Shown in pieces: positions 48,981 to 58,910 of a stretch of 64,000 bases of DNA; the first letter of the stretch is position 1; each line of letters begins with the position of its first letter. The notes under the pieces are model-generated. The model did no database searches. It was not told where the DNA came from and saw only the letters and a program-made list of their open reading frames with translations. The position numbers and the translations under genes were made by a program. This DNA is from Candidatus Woesebacteria bacterium (GTDB taxonomy: Bacteria; Patescibacteriota; Microgenomatia; UBA1400; UBA1396): assembly GCA_963749595.1 (NCBI GenBank), contig CAVVNJ010000001.1:1376-65375 (forward strand), written 5' to 3'.

Positions 48981-49030
48981 TTATAACGACGCACTGGTTC
49001 CAGACCCACCTGTTCCGCACTCTAAAGCAA

Positions 49031-49576
49031 CTACTCTGCTAGTTCATTGAGCAATTCACTGAATAATCTCACGGCAATCTTCTCAAAATTAACGGTGCTC
49101 GCCCGCAATATCGGCCAATCTTTCCAACCTTTCTCTATTTTTTTGTAGACCAACTCGGCGGCCAGATTGGTATTAACATAACTCGATCCCTTCCAGGAAA
49201 CTTTAGCTCGTAAATCGGCAAAAAAATTAGCCAGATCCCGGATCACCACGTCTTTAGCCGGTCCTTTTTCACCCATTATGGCCCGCACCGATTTGTCGCG
49301 AATAATCTCCGGCTCATAGGACACAACCTCTGGTTTTGGCTGATTGCGAAACTCTTTTTTGATAAACATCCCGGCTTCGGGAGGAGTTTGCCGCAAACGA
49401 CGTTTCAGCTCATCGGAAAGAGACCAGGGAACATCAATCCCTTCCACAATTGGCTGCACTCCCTGTGGACGACGATCCAAATCAGTAGACAATGATTGAT
49501 ACTTCATTTTCGTTCTTTCCGCCATTAATCCCTTAGCGATTTCTAGTCGCCTAATCATCGTATCATCGCTCGACAT
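49031..49576 (-). CDS. hypothetical protein
   Basis: The likely start is MSSDDTMIRR at 49576. The protein is charged and helical. No family recognised. Confidence 0.45.
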   Translation of the reverse strand: MSSDDTMIRRLEIAKGLMAERTKMKYQSLSTDLDRRPQGVQPIVEGIDVPWSLSDELKRRLRQTPPEAGMFIKKEFRNQPKPEVVSYEPEIIRDKSVRAIMGEKGPAKDVVIRDLANFFADLRAKVSWKGSSYVNTNLAAELVYKKIEKGWKDWPILRASTVNFEKIAVRLFSELLNELAE

Positions 49577-49622
49577 TTGGCACTCCTGCACCAACTGCAC
49601 CCCAATCAGGTATAGTAGGCCC

Positions 49623-50531
49623 ATGTCATTTTTTGGCGGCTTCTTTTTTGTCTTCAGTCACCCCTTAAATCGGAAACAATTTTGGCGAACACTTGGACGG
49701 GTAATCTGGTGGAAGATCAATCAGCGGTTTTTTTCATTGCCAACGGTCGTCCCACTCACCGCTAAGATCCAATGTCTGTGTTGGCCTCATTTATCCTACA
49801 GCGGTCTGATCGTTTATACCCGCTGGCCAGACTTTGCCGAGTGGAGTTTTCTGCAAAAATATCTCAAGAATAACCACATTTTCGTGGATGTCGGCGCCCA
49901 CACCGGTGACTATTCGCTTCTCGCCGCCGATAAAATTACTACCGGATCAATCTACGCTTTTGAACCTGATCCCCGGGTTTTGCCTTATCTACACCAAAAC
50001 GTCGTCTTAAACGGTTTAGAAAAGGTTGTCACCATTTTTCCACACGCAGTCAGCAATAAAAAAGGAAGAATATCTTTTACTCTAGACATTCACTCGGAGA
50101 CATCGCATTTAACCAAAAAAAACGAAACGGGTCGGGAACGTCGGACAATCGCGGCTACGACATTGGATATTTTTGCCCGGGAGAAGTTACTGTCCAGGAT
50201 TGATGTCTTAAAAATTGACGTCGAAGGGGCAGAAGGCCGAGTATTTGCCGGGGCGGACGATTTACTCAGGCAACAAAAAATCGGCTTGATTTTGTTTGAG
50301 CTCAATCCGGAAAGCCAGAGATATGGCACCTCCCCTCAGGAAGTCGTCACACAACTTAGCGAGTGCGGATATCGAACATACTATTTTTCCGATCCGGAGC
50401 ATTTGCAGCTATTAGAGGCGCCGTTGGATTTGGTCGAATCAAGAAACTTTGTGGGGATTAGTGAGCAGTTGTTTTCGAATCCTGTAGTAAGGAGTTATAT
50501 AACCTCAAAGGGTCTTACCCTCCAGGCGTGA
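49623..50531 (+). CDS. FkbM-family SAM-dependent methyltransferase
   Basis: 302 aa with VDVGAHTGDYSLLAA, YAFEPDP and IDVLKIDVEGAEGRVF. Confidence 0.7.
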   Translation: MSFFGGFFFVFSHPLNRKQFWRTLGRVIWWKINQRFFSLPTVVPLTAKIQCLCWPHLSYSGLIVYTRWPDFAEWSFLQKYLKNNHIFVDVGAHTGDYSLLAADKITTGSIYAFEPDPRVLPYLHQNVVLNGLEKVVTIFPHAVSNKKGRISFTLDIHSETSHLTKKNETGRERRTIAATTLDIFAREKLLSRIDVLKIDVEGAEGRVFAGADDLLRQQKIGLILFELNPESQRYGTSPQEVVTQLSECGYRTYYFSDPEHLQLLEAPLDLVESRNFVGISEQLFSNPVVRSYITSKGLTLQA

Positions 50532-50566
50532 GGCCACCCCGGGGTCAGACCCTGTATACTGAATTC

Positions 50567-50995
50567 ATGAGCGAAAAAGAAACCCGCACCAACCAAGAAA
50601 CCTTCCAACTTATTCACCAACTCAGTCAGGCCAGGGCCGATCGAGATGAGAAACGAGCGACTGAACTTGATGAACAAATTTTTGGCAAGCGTAAGCCCTA
50701 TCAAAAGCCGGACGACTTTGAACAAGCCATCAATCCGGTCCGTTTTGAGATTACCCGCAAAGTACTGGTACTTCGACAATTAAGCCTAGAGAGACTCTTT
50801 AACGAAACTTTATTCACGGTCGAGGAGATTGAACCGATTTTACAGGAGCTGGTTGACCTGGGTTACTTACTACTCGATTCCGATGGGAAGACTTATCGCC
50901 TCACCGACGATCGGAAAAAACAGCTGGAACTTTCTGAGAGCCTAAGTCCTGTCTTTAACCAAGAATTACCGGCGGGAGAATACCGGCACCGCTAA
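50567..50995 (+). CDS. hypothetical protein, possible winged-helix C-terminus
   Basis: The start is MSEKETRT. ..FTVEEIEPILQELVDLGYLLLDSDGKTYRLTD.. resembles a wHTH wing. Confidence 0.4.
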   Translation: MSEKETRTNQETFQLIHQLSQARADRDEKRATELDEQIFGKRKPYQKPDDFEQAINPVRFEITRKVLVLRQLSLERLFNETLFTVEEIEPILQELVDLGYLLLDSDGKTYRLTDDRKKQLELSESLSPVFNQELPAGEYRHR

Positions 50996-51002
50996 AACTT
51001 AT

Positions 51003-51752
51003 ATGACTGGACCAAACGAACACCTTCTGGCGGACGCGATGCTTTTTGGCTATAGTCGGCCATTGCTAAATCGCATTCGCGACCGACGCACTCAGTTGGA
51101 TGAGTTCTCGGTCACCGATGAACTACCTGACGTCGTCGAAAAGGGAACCGCTGGCGACTGCATCGATAATTCTACCCGCGCGATTTTCTTTCTCATGAAT
51201 CGTTTTCCCGACGCTTTTCCCACGGCCGTTTTGCTATCCACTACCGCTAGTGTCCGAATTCCCGGCCGCCCTAGAAAGATCGAGTTCAAAAGTGATAGTC
51301 GCTATGTGCTGCATGGCGGGGCATTACTACAAGATAAAAAAGGGCAATGGGTCTTTGTTTCTCCAGCCAACTACAAGAAAGACGGGACTACGCGCAACCT
51401 AACCGAGTTCTATACGGCCTCAACTTTAACCGGACTCCTGTCAATCCTCGAGGAAAAAGAGGGTGGGATCTGGCCCCCGGAAAACGAGATTCTTGGGCTT
51501 TTGGAGACAATTAATCAACGACGCCGCGAATCGCATCACCAAATCCTTCGCCAGCACTATAATCAGCCTTCTATGCCGGATCGAGATCTGATCGATTTAA
51601 GTTTGGCCGAACGCCAAGCCCTGGGTCTGGCCGAGGATGAGTCCTTGATTATTCCCCACATTCGCGGCAGCTTGGATCAGACCGAGACCACGGTTAAGAC
51701 CAGGTTCGATTGGAAAGAGATTGGCTTCCCGCCCTGGAAAAGGCAGTGGTAA
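51003..51752 (+). CDS. hypothetical protein, possible papain/transglutaminase-like Cys-His core
   Basis: 249 aa with GTAGDCIDNSTRAIFFL (candidate nucleophile Cys) and YVLHGGALLQDKKGQWVFVSP (candidate His). Speculative. Confidence 0.4.
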   Translation: MTGPNEHLLADAMLFGYSRPLLNRIRDRRTQLDEFSVTDELPDVVEKGTAGDCIDNSTRAIFFLMNRFPDAFPTAVLLSTTASVRIPGRPRKIEFKSDSRYVLHGGALLQDKKGQWVFVSPANYKKDGTTRNLTEFYTASTLTGLLSILEEKEGGIWPPENEILGLLETINQRRRESHHQILRQHYNQPSMPDRDLIDLSLAERQALGLAEDESLIIPHIRGSLDQTETTVKTRFDWKEIGFPPWKRQW

Positions 51753-51761
51753 ATTGTTTTT

Positions 51762-52427
51762 TTATTTTCCGGTCAGCAACATTCTCCGCAGCAGCAAAAA
51801 CTGTTTATCCAAAGCCAATTTCGGACCAGCAATGGTCGGAATAATCAATTCCACCTGGCTTGTCTTCGACACCGCCGCGGGAATGATCACTATTTTATTG
51901 ATCTGATTTAATCTTTTCGGATCTTGATTCTGATCAGCCGATGGTTTTTTGACAAAGAGATAGTTCACCCGCAACCCCAATACCAGCTCGAGATTTTGGA
52001 CTAGCTTTTCCTGATCTTCTGTATTCATATTGGTTCCGGTCAAAAAAATCAGTCTTTCGGACCCAACATTCTCCGCTAAGGCTTTCAAGTAACCACACTC
52101 TTCCAGTGTTCGGGAGAGGCTTTCTACAGAGCGGTAAACCAACGGCTGATGCACCGAAATGATATTGCCTTTATTGTCGATGGCTACCAGCATGGAGCAA
52201 GAACCGGCGCCGTACTCGATAAGAACCTGGGGTTGTTCCGGAGTACTGACGTGCGTTAGAAATGGTTCCCCCTCAATGCCAAAGCGGCCCAAAGTTAAAT
52301 CCTTGAGTTCTTCAATGGACAACACAGAAAGCGAAACGCCAAAGCGCTGGAGACTTTTCAATAGGTCGGGACTGAGGTCAAATTCAGTGCGAACAATGGG
52401 TGACAACCCCTCTTCTGATGAGCGCAT
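51762..52427 (-). CDS. hypothetical protein
   Basis: 221-aa ORF. No family recognised. Confidence 0.45.
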   Translation of the reverse strand: MRSSEEGLSPIVRTEFDLSPDLLKSLQRFGVSLSVLSIEELKDLTLGRFGIEGEPFLTHVSTPEQPQVLIEYGAGSCSMLVAIDNKGNIISVHQPLVYRSVESLSRTLEECGYLKALAENVGSERLIFLTGTNMNTEDQEKLVQNLELVLGLRVNYLFVKKPSADQNQDPKRLNQINKIVIIPAAVSKTSQVELIIPTIAGPKLALDKQFLLLRRMLLTGK

Positions 52428-52430
52428 AGG

Positions 52431-52676
52431 CTAGCGATGAGCTTCCCGCTTAACCTTCAACTGATGCCAATTTGCTCCATGAACCGACTCTTCGCCCTCT
52501 TTGAGGAAAGTGTCGGACAACTCGGCAAAATCGTAAACCTGGGTCTCGGTAAGCCCGTCATTAACCCGGACATAATTTCCGGTCAGGGGATTAATGGTAA
52601 AAATTTCGCGTTGAAAATCCAGTTCTTTTTCCTGAACTTTAACGCCAAATAGAATTCGTTCGACTTTAGTGGTCAT
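52431..52676 (-). CDS. hypothetical small protein
   Basis: The likely start is MTTKVERILFG at 52676, preceded by AAGGAG. The track ORF extends to 52733. Confidence 0.45.
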   Translation of the reverse strand: MTTKVERILFGVKVQEKELDFQREIFTINPLTGNYVRVNDGLTETQVYDFAELSDTFLKEGEESVHGANWHQLKVKREAHR

Positions 52677-52684
52677 GTTTCTCC

Positions 52685-52861
52685 TTAAAATTTTAGAAAC
52701 TCTAGCAAACGGTAGACCAAAAAGGCCGGCCAAACAATCGCTTTCAGAACGCCGAATAACTTGGCATCAAGTGTAGGCGCATGTTGCACAAAATAGATCA
52801 ACGCCCCCAAGAACCCTAAGCCATAAACCGCGTCACCAGCATTTTTGTTCATACAACCCAT
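52685..52861 (-). CDS. small membrane protein (58 aa, below the ORF-track cutoff)
   Basis: Manual translation gives MGCMNKNAGDAVYGLGFLGALIYFVQHAPTLDAKLFGVLKAIVWPAFLVYRLLEFLKF*. It has two hydrophobic helices and is tightly packed between neighbouring genes. Confidence 0.4.
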   Translation of the reverse strand: MGCMNKNAGDAVYGLGFLGALIYFVQHAPTLDAKLFGVLKAIVWPAFLVYRLLEFLKF

Positions 52862-52870
52862 GATACTCCT

Positions 52871-53182
52871 TTAGCGAATTAAGGGATTCGCACGTTTTCG
52901 AACCGACTGACAAGCCTTCCAAAATCCTTCCCAATCCGGAATTCCTGAACCAAACAATGGCTCGATCTTAACTCGCACCCGCCCCTTAGCCAGCAGCTTG
53001 CTATCCGACTCCTCCTCGGTAACCCTTAAGCCGTGCCTCAACGCCTCAAGCGCCATGAAATCCGCCATCTCCTGATGGGGAGTGCGGATAACGCTCACCA
53101 GGCCAGAGTTGTTCTTTTCCGGATTTAAAGTATCCCGCTTGCGGGAAACAAATCCATAGTGCCCGGCTGCCTGCTCCACCAT
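52871..53182 (-). CDS. hypothetical protein
   Basis: 103-aa ORF. No family recognised. Confidence 0.45.
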   Translation of the reverse strand: MVEQAAGHYGFVSRKRDTLNPEKNNSGLVSVIRTPHQEMADFMALEALRHGLRVTEEESDSKLLAKGRVRVKIEPLFGSGIPDWEGFWKACQSVRKRANPLIR

Positions 53183-53271
53183 AGCTTTTCTCCAATTATT
53201 TTTGCCGAGTATACAATGAATTCAGCGTCAAACAAATATCCGGTGGTTTTCAGTATAAACTGTTTAAGTAG

Positions 53272-55593
53272 ATGAAGTCTTTCTTCCTAGAATCAGAAAA
53301 CCACTGGACGACCATCTTGGTCCGCCAACTAAAATCACCGTTTGTTTATCTACTTTTCGGGGCAGCCGCCCTGTCTTTTGTCCTAGGTCAAATCTTGGAT
53401 GGTTCACTAATTTTGCTCTTTGTCGGACTCAATACGTTATTGGGTTTCTATCAGGAATATCGTTCCGAACAAACTTTGAAACTATTAAAACAATATTTAG
53501 TCACTCGAGCTCGCGTCAGACGTAATAATCAAGAAGTTGATATCCCAATCGATCAACTGGTCCTAGGCGACGTTGTTCTGCTTCAACCCGGATCAATGCT
53601 GTCAGCAGATATTAAGTTGACCCAAGCCAATAATCTGACGGTCGACGAATCAGTTCTCACGGGCGAATCACTCCCCATGGATAAGTCGATTGGCGATCAA
53701 GCATTTTTTGGCACCACGGCGGTGAGTGGGACGGGCGAAGGAGTGGTTAGCGCTCTCGGTAAAGATACTACCTATGGCGATATTGTTCGCCTGGCAGAGG
53801 AAACCGACAAGGAAAGTACCTACGAAAAAGAACTGCGCCGTTTTAGCCGATTTACATTATTGATTGTCAGCTTAACTTTGGTCGGCATTATTCTGGCTAA
53901 CCTCGCTTTGAAAACAGAGCCCTCGTGGTTTGAACTGGCGATCTTCGCGATTGCACTGGCGGTGGGGGTTATTCCGGAGGCTTTGCCGGTGGTTACCACC
54001 TTCTCTTTATCACTGGGAGCAATTCGACTGGCAAAAAATATGGTGGTGGTCAAACGGCTGTCCGCGATCGAAGACTTAGGCAGTATTGAGGTACTTTGCA
54101 CGGATAAAACCGGAACCTTGACGGAAAATAAATTAACCGTGGTGGGAACCTATCCGGACAATAATCAAGAGGCCATTCTGGTCGCCAGTCTAGCGGCCAT
54201 GTCAGCCGATATTAATCTGGGTAATTTGGCATTCGATACTGCTTTACAACAAGCCCTGACCCCAACCCAACAAACTAAACGAGCTGCTTTCCGTTTAGTT
54301 GAAGAAATTCCCTTTGATCCGGTTCGGCGCTTAGCAACGGCCATCATAGAAAGATCAGGGAAAAAAGAAACCGTTTCTAGAGGAACGCCGGAAAATATTT
54401 TAGAAAGTTGCCGGGAACTAAATCGGTCGGAAAAAGAAAAAATTCTTGCCGCGGTTGCCCAGCAGGGTCGGGAAGGGATCCGGGCTCTGGCCGTGAAACG
54501 CGATGATCGATTTACCGGCTTAATCTTTTTTTCCGATCCGGTCAAAGCCAGCTCAGCCGAAGCCATTAGACAAGCCGAAAATCTGGGCGTACGAGTAATT
54601 ATTCTGACCGGCGATAGCGCGGAAGTAGCGGGCCGAGTGGCCGTGAAAATCGGTCTAATTGCTCAGGCGGATCAGGTTTGTCGCGGCGACCAGTGGGTCG
54701 CCGCGACCGATGACGAGCGCCACAGTTTGCTCGAAACGTATTCGGTCTTTGCCCGGGTAACACCAGAACAGAAACACCAAATTATTCAGGAACTTGAGAA
54801 AAATCAGTCAGTCGGCTTCTTGGGCGAGGGGATCAATGATGCCCCGGCCCTTAAAATCGCCAACGTCGCTCTCGCCGTGGCCGGAGCTTCTGACGTCGCC
54901 CGGGAAGCCGCGGATATCGTCCTGTTGGAGAAAAGCCTCAAAGTCATTACGGAGGGCATACTGCAAGGAAGAAAAGTCTTCGCCAATACCCAAAAATATA
55001 TTCTGGCTACTCTGGCGTCTAATTTCGGCAACTTTTTCGCCGTTGCTGCGGCGTCGCTGATCATCACCCATCTGCCGATGCTGCCCCTGCAAATCTTACT
55101 GCTCAACCTGCTGACCGATTTTCCGATGATCGCCATTGCGACCGACACCGTGGAGTCGTCGACCACCAGACAACCCCAACGCTATAATTTGGGTCGCTTT
55201 GCTCGAATGGCGCTGCTCTTAGGTAGTGTCAGCACTATTTTTGACTTTCTCTTTTTTGGCATTCTCTCCCGCTTCTCCCCTGCAAACTTACAAACTGGCT
55301 GGTTTCTCGGCAGCGTTTTAACCGAATTATTGTTTCTTTATTCGATACGGAGCAATCGCTTTTTCCTCCGTGCTGACCGACCCTCAATCTGGATTCTGAT
55401 CTTCACCGTGCTGAGCGGTGGACTGGCGATCGGCCTACCATATTCTGGTTTTGGCCAGCGGATTTTCGGTTTTGTGTCATTGCCGCCAGCACAACTAACG
55501 CTAATCTTCACCTTGGTACTGGGCTATTTACTGGCCACGGAGACGGTTAAGTTGCTCTACCTCCACCAGGAAAAAGCGCTCAGTTCTCAATAA
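53272..55593 (+). CDS. P-type cation-transporting ATPase (P2/P3-like)
   Basis: 773 aa with CTDKTGTLTENKL (phosphorylation site), TGES, ILTGDSAEVA and GEGINDAPALK, plus about 8-10 TM helices. Confidence 0.9.
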   Translation: MKSFFLESENHWTTILVRQLKSPFVYLLFGAAALSFVLGQILDGSLILLFVGLNTLLGFYQEYRSEQTLKLLKQYLVTRARVRRNNQEVDIPIDQLVLGDVVLLQPGSMLSADIKLTQANNLTVDESVLTGESLPMDKSIGDQAFFGTTAVSGTGEGVVSALGKDTTYGDIVRLAEETDKESTYEKELRRFSRFTLLIVSLTLVGIILANLALKTEPSWFELAIFAIALAVGVIPEALPVVTTFSLSLGAIRLAKNMVVVKRLSAIEDLGSIEVLCTDKTGTLTENKLTVVGTYPDNNQEAILVASLAAMSADINLGNLAFDTALQQALTPTQQTKRAAFRLVEEIPFDPVRRLATAIIERSGKKETVSRGTPENILESCRELNRSEKEKILAAVAQQGREGIRALAVKRDDRFTGLIFFSDPVKASSAEAIRQAENLGVRVIILTGDSAEVAGRVAVKIGLIAQADQVCRGDQWVAATDDERHSLLETYSVFARVTPEQKHQIIQELEKNQSVGFLGEGINDAPALKIANVALAVAGASDVAREAADIVLLEKSLKVITEGILQGRKVFANTQKYILATLASNFGNFFAVAAASLIITHLPMLPLQILLLNLLTDFPMIAIATDTVESSTTRQPQRYNLGRFARMALLLGSVSTIFDFLFFGILSRFSPANLQTGWFLGSVLTELLFLYSIRSNRFFLRADRPSIWILIFTVLSGGLAIGLPYSGFGQRIFGFVSLPPAQLTLIFTLVLGYLLATETVKLLYLHQEKALSSQ

Positions 55594-55628
55594 ATTTCGT
55601 TTATAATCAGGAGAGAAGTGGATAATTT

Positions 55629-56324
55629 ATGGCCAAACATGAATTAACAATGGACCGACGGCAATTTCTCCAAACCATGCTTGGGGCAGCTGGAGCCATG
55701 GCTTTTCCTCCCCGGACTGAACTTCTGCGGCAAGTAGAAAAAGATCCCTATCAAGAAGTAATGACCGTGCTTCAGCCGACCATCAACGCTGGTTGGAAAA
55801 TGATTGAAGACCATCAGCTCGAGGAGCTGCTACTCGATAGTGCGTCCGATGACAAAGTGGTTAATCTGGAAAAAATTATTCAAGCCTTAGTTTCACTTAA
55901 TCCAGAGCAACTCGACCATCTTTTTCTTCTTGATGCGAACAAAAAAATAACTCAACCGGAAAACATTCGGCTCACGATCAAATTGACCCAAGAGTTTGGC
56001 GGCGGACAGGTGATTGAAATTCGGCTGGAACACCTGGTGGAAGACTCCGCCCGCACTAATCGCTTCCAGGCTATTCGACGGCAGAGCTTACTCGAAGTTG
56101 AGGCTACTGTTGGTAAAAAGGACGCCGGCCGGGGATATCAAGTCAAATTGAAACGATCCGGGGAACAACAATTCGCGAATTGGTTCGCGGTGGATGAACT
56201 GAATGGAGTCAAGCTTGGACCGGCAGTAAGTTATGTCGACGATCTGCCCGGGCTGAAGACTATCACGGGCATTGACGCCGAAAAACTTCTGGCCGCCGTC
56301 GAGCAACTATTGCCGGAGGAATGA
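55629..56324 (+). CDS. hypothetical exported protein with Tat-like signal
   Basis: 231 aa with the N-terminus MDRRQFLQTMLGAAGAMAF. Confidence 0.45.
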   Translation: MAKHELTMDRRQFLQTMLGAAGAMAFPPRTELLRQVEKDPYQEVMTVLQPTINAGWKMIEDHQLEELLLDSASDDKVVNLEKIIQALVSLNPEQLDHLFLLDANKKITQPENIRLTIKLTQEFGGGQVIEIRLEHLVEDSARTNRFQAIRRQSLLEVEATVGKKDAGRGYQVKLKRSGEQQFANWFAVDELNGVKLGPAVSYVDDLPGLKTITGIDAEKLLAAVEQLLPEE

Positions 56325-57487
56325 ACATCGCCTCCCTTAAACGGAATATCCGTCTCCTCGCCGCTTTTAATTTTCTCACCGATTTCAGTCTGTTCGCGCC
56401 GGTAGCGATTTTGTATTACGCCCAGGTATCCGGCTCTTTTGCGCTGGGCATGAGCATCTTTTCTATTGCGATGGTAGTTTCCGCCCTGATGGAAGTACCA
56501 ACGGGAATTTTGTCCGACCGCCTGGGGCGCAAAAAAACGATCATTGCCGGCTCGATCTGCAGTGTCAGCATGATGGTGTTTTATGCGTTAGGCTGGTCCT
56601 ATTGGACTCTAGTGATCGGCGCCGTATTCGAAGGCCTCGGCCGGGCATTCTACAGCGGCAACAACGATGCGTTCCTGCATGAGGTCTTGGTTGAACATGG
56701 CCAACAAGACGAATATGACCACTATCTGGGGCGGGTGAGCTCGCTCTTCCAGGTCGCATTGGCTATCTCGGCGCTGTTGGGAAGCGTGATTGCCAGTTTT
56801 TCCTTTTCCTGGTTGTTGTGGCTTTCGGTTATCCCACAGGCAGCGAAATTGGTCCTGAGTTTTTGGTTCGTGGAACCGCCGCGAATCAAATTTGAGGGCA
56901 ACGTTTACGCCCATTTGGGAACCGCGATCAAACTTTTCTGGACCAACCGTAAGCTCCGATTATTGAGTTTAGCTTCCATGCTGGGGTTTGCCTTTGGCGA
57001 ATCGGCCTATCAATTCCGCTCGGCCTTCGTAAACACGGTTTGGCCACTATGGGCGATCGGCTTTTCTAAATTATTGTCTAACGTCGGTGCGGCGGTCGGT
57101 TATTATTTCAGTGACCGGATCTTAAAGAAAATTCCCGCCCCAAAATTTTTACTGCTGACCTCTATCTACAGTAAGATTATTCACTATGCCGCCCTACTGG
57201 TTCCCAATATCACTTCTCCGGCATTAATGGCTACTACATCGGTATATTTTGGGGTAGGCGAGGTAGCGGAGAGCACGCTCCAACAGCGGGAATTCTCTAA
57301 CGAGCAGCGGGCGACCATGGCCTCACTGGTTTCATTTGGGGGCAGCTTGCTCTTTGCCGTTTTTTCGCTTTTCTTAGGGCTGGTCGCTGATCGCTGGAGT
57401 CCCCGAGAAGGATTGTTGATTTTGCACACCCTGTCGTTGGTTACACTTTGGCTTTATGGTCGGCTGTACTGGAAGCACGGACGCTAG
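56321..57487 (+). CDS. MFS transporter
   Basis: 388 aa, about 12 TM helices, with GILSDRLGRKK (the MFS loop 2-3 motif). Confidence 0.8.
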   Translation: MNIASLKRNIRLLAAFNFLTDFSLFAPVAILYYAQVSGSFALGMSIFSIAMVVSALMEVPTGILSDRLGRKKTIIAGSICSVSMMVFYALGWSYWTLVIGAVFEGLGRAFYSGNNDAFLHEVLVEHGQQDEYDHYLGRVSSLFQVALAISALLGSVIASFSFSWLLWLSVIPQAAKLVLSFWFVEPPRIKFEGNVYAHLGTAIKLFWTNRKLRLLSLASMLGFAFGESAYQFRSAFVNTVWPLWAIGFSKLLSNVGAAVGYYFSDRILKKIPAPKFLLLTSIYSKIIHYAALLVPNITSPALMATTSVYFGVGEVAESTLQQREFSNEQRATMASLVSFGGSLLFAVFSLFLGLVADRWSPREGLLILHTLSLVTLWLYGRLYWKHGR

Positions 57488-57488
57488 A

Positions 57489-58103
57489 TTAGCAGGTGGG
57501 TTGGCGCAGCAGCAGCCAACGGTTTTGCTTTTCCATGAGCGTATTTAGACCTTCGGCCATGGCCTGATCATAACTGTTCTGGTTTTTAAGATCCGTGACC
57601 AGCAACTCCAGGTTATGTTGGCGCTGTTCAACGTCCGGTCGATAGCCAGAATGCCACTCGTCGATCACAACATCGAAGTTACTTTCTGCCAGATGGAGCT
57701 TGAATCGACGATATTTGTCCTCCAAATCTGAGGTTTTAACGATCGAGTCGACAAACAGTACCAACCCCTGAGGTGTGATTACCTGGGCTAAGAATTGGAA
57801 CAAACCCGCAAAGTCCTTGATTGACCAGTACTGCGGATCATTGACCACATTTTCCATTATGAGCAATACCATCAGGGGAAAGTCAGCCGGGATCTGTGGA
57901 ATGTAGATATTGTGTTCAGCAATACGTACTCCCAGCTCGGCGATATCTTCCCGGTAATAATCGTTTTCAATGTAACCGCCGCCATCCGGTTCCAGGATCG
58001 TCGATCTGGGAATAGTTAACGGATAGTTGGATCCCACGCCAATCGGGGAGATGTCGGCCGCTTTAAAGCCGACTTCAGCCATATATTTTGGTGATTTTGC
58101 CAT
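57489..58103 (-). CDS. hypothetical protein
   Basis: 204-aa ORF. No clear motif. Confidence 0.45.
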   Translation of the reverse strand: MAKSPKYMAEVGFKAADISPIGVGSNYPLTIPRSTILEPDGGGYIENDYYREDIAELGVRIAEHNIYIPQIPADFPLMVLLIMENVVNDPQYWSIKDFAGLFQFLAQVITPQGLVLFVDSIVKTSDLEDKYRRFKLHLAESNFDVVIDEWHSGYRPDVEQRQHNLELLVTDLKNQNSYDQAMAEGLNTLMEKQNRWLLLRQPTC

Positions 58104-58206
58104 ATTTATCTTTAGTTTGAGGATTGTACATCGTTAGGCAAGGAAAAATCGGCACCCGCTTTGTTTCGTCAAGCAGCATGTTACTTCACGAAACAAGGGG
58201 GGGTGG

Positions 58207-58773
58207 TTAATTCCCGTGAGCATCGCGACTCAACCACTGACCCAACCGCTCAAAATTTCCGGTGAAAAAACGGTACCGCTCCTCAGGAGGATACTGACTG
58301 ATGGCCAGGTCTTTCTCTCCCAAGGCGATGATGTTGTCCCAGCCGAAATCCCGGGCGCCTTCCTGCAAACTATCGACGATCCTCGCCGGCACTTGCGCTA
58401 CAAACTCCTGAACTTCGCCGCTTGGTTGGGCATAGACCAGTCCCAACTCGAAATAGCCCGCTCGATCCTCTTGGTCCCGCAGCCAGTCGATCACCGTGCT
58501 CGGTTGGATCCTCTTTTCGATATAATTCATATACGGACCGGGAAAACCAGGCAGGGCGTTAAGAAAAAAACCATGATCTTCTCTGGCCACCGGCCGATTC
58601 AGAAACCGGGCCGCTTCCACCGCCATCGCCCGGGCGATTTCCAGATTAGTATCGGCTTGGATTTCCGGAAGATCCAGCTCGACCGGCTCGACTTCAATCC
58701 CCAGCGGCGCCAACGCCAATCTGGCCGTGGCCAGTTTAAACGGGTTTTTAGTCAGCAAATTAAGCGTTTCCAT
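58207..58773 (-). CDS. non-canonical purine NTP pyrophosphatase (Ham1/RdgB family)
   Basis: 188 aa with ..NPFKLATARLAL..LPEIQ.. and ..REDHGFFLNALPGFPGPY.. in the family-typical order. Confidence 0.65.
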   Translation of the reverse strand: METLNLLTKNPFKLATARLALAPLGIEVEPVELDLPEIQADTNLEIARAMAVEAARFLNRPVAREDHGFFLNALPGFPGPYMNYIEKRIQPSTVIDWLRDQEDRAGYFELGLVYAQPSGEVQEFVAQVPARIVDSLQEGARDFGWDNIIALGEKDLAISQYPPEERYRFFTGNFERLGQWLSRDAHGN

Positions 58774-58802
58774 GCGGCAATTGTACTAGATGTTGCTTTA
58801 CA

Positions 58803-58811
58803 TGCTATAAT
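58803..58811 (+). promoter_or_regulatory. extended -10 promoter candidate for the RRM gene
   Basis: TGcTATAAT (-10 at 58806-58811). A 7-bp hairpin, CTTTCGG-loop-CCGAAAG, at 58873-58894 lies just before the GGAG RBS. Confidence 0.3.
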
Positions 58812-58910
58812 ACTCTCCTGATCGAACCGGCCTGTTCTTAGTTTCCTAAGCACCATGTCCGTATTATTAATACTTTCGGGTGATCAGCCGAAAGGGAGAA
58901 GAGGACAATA

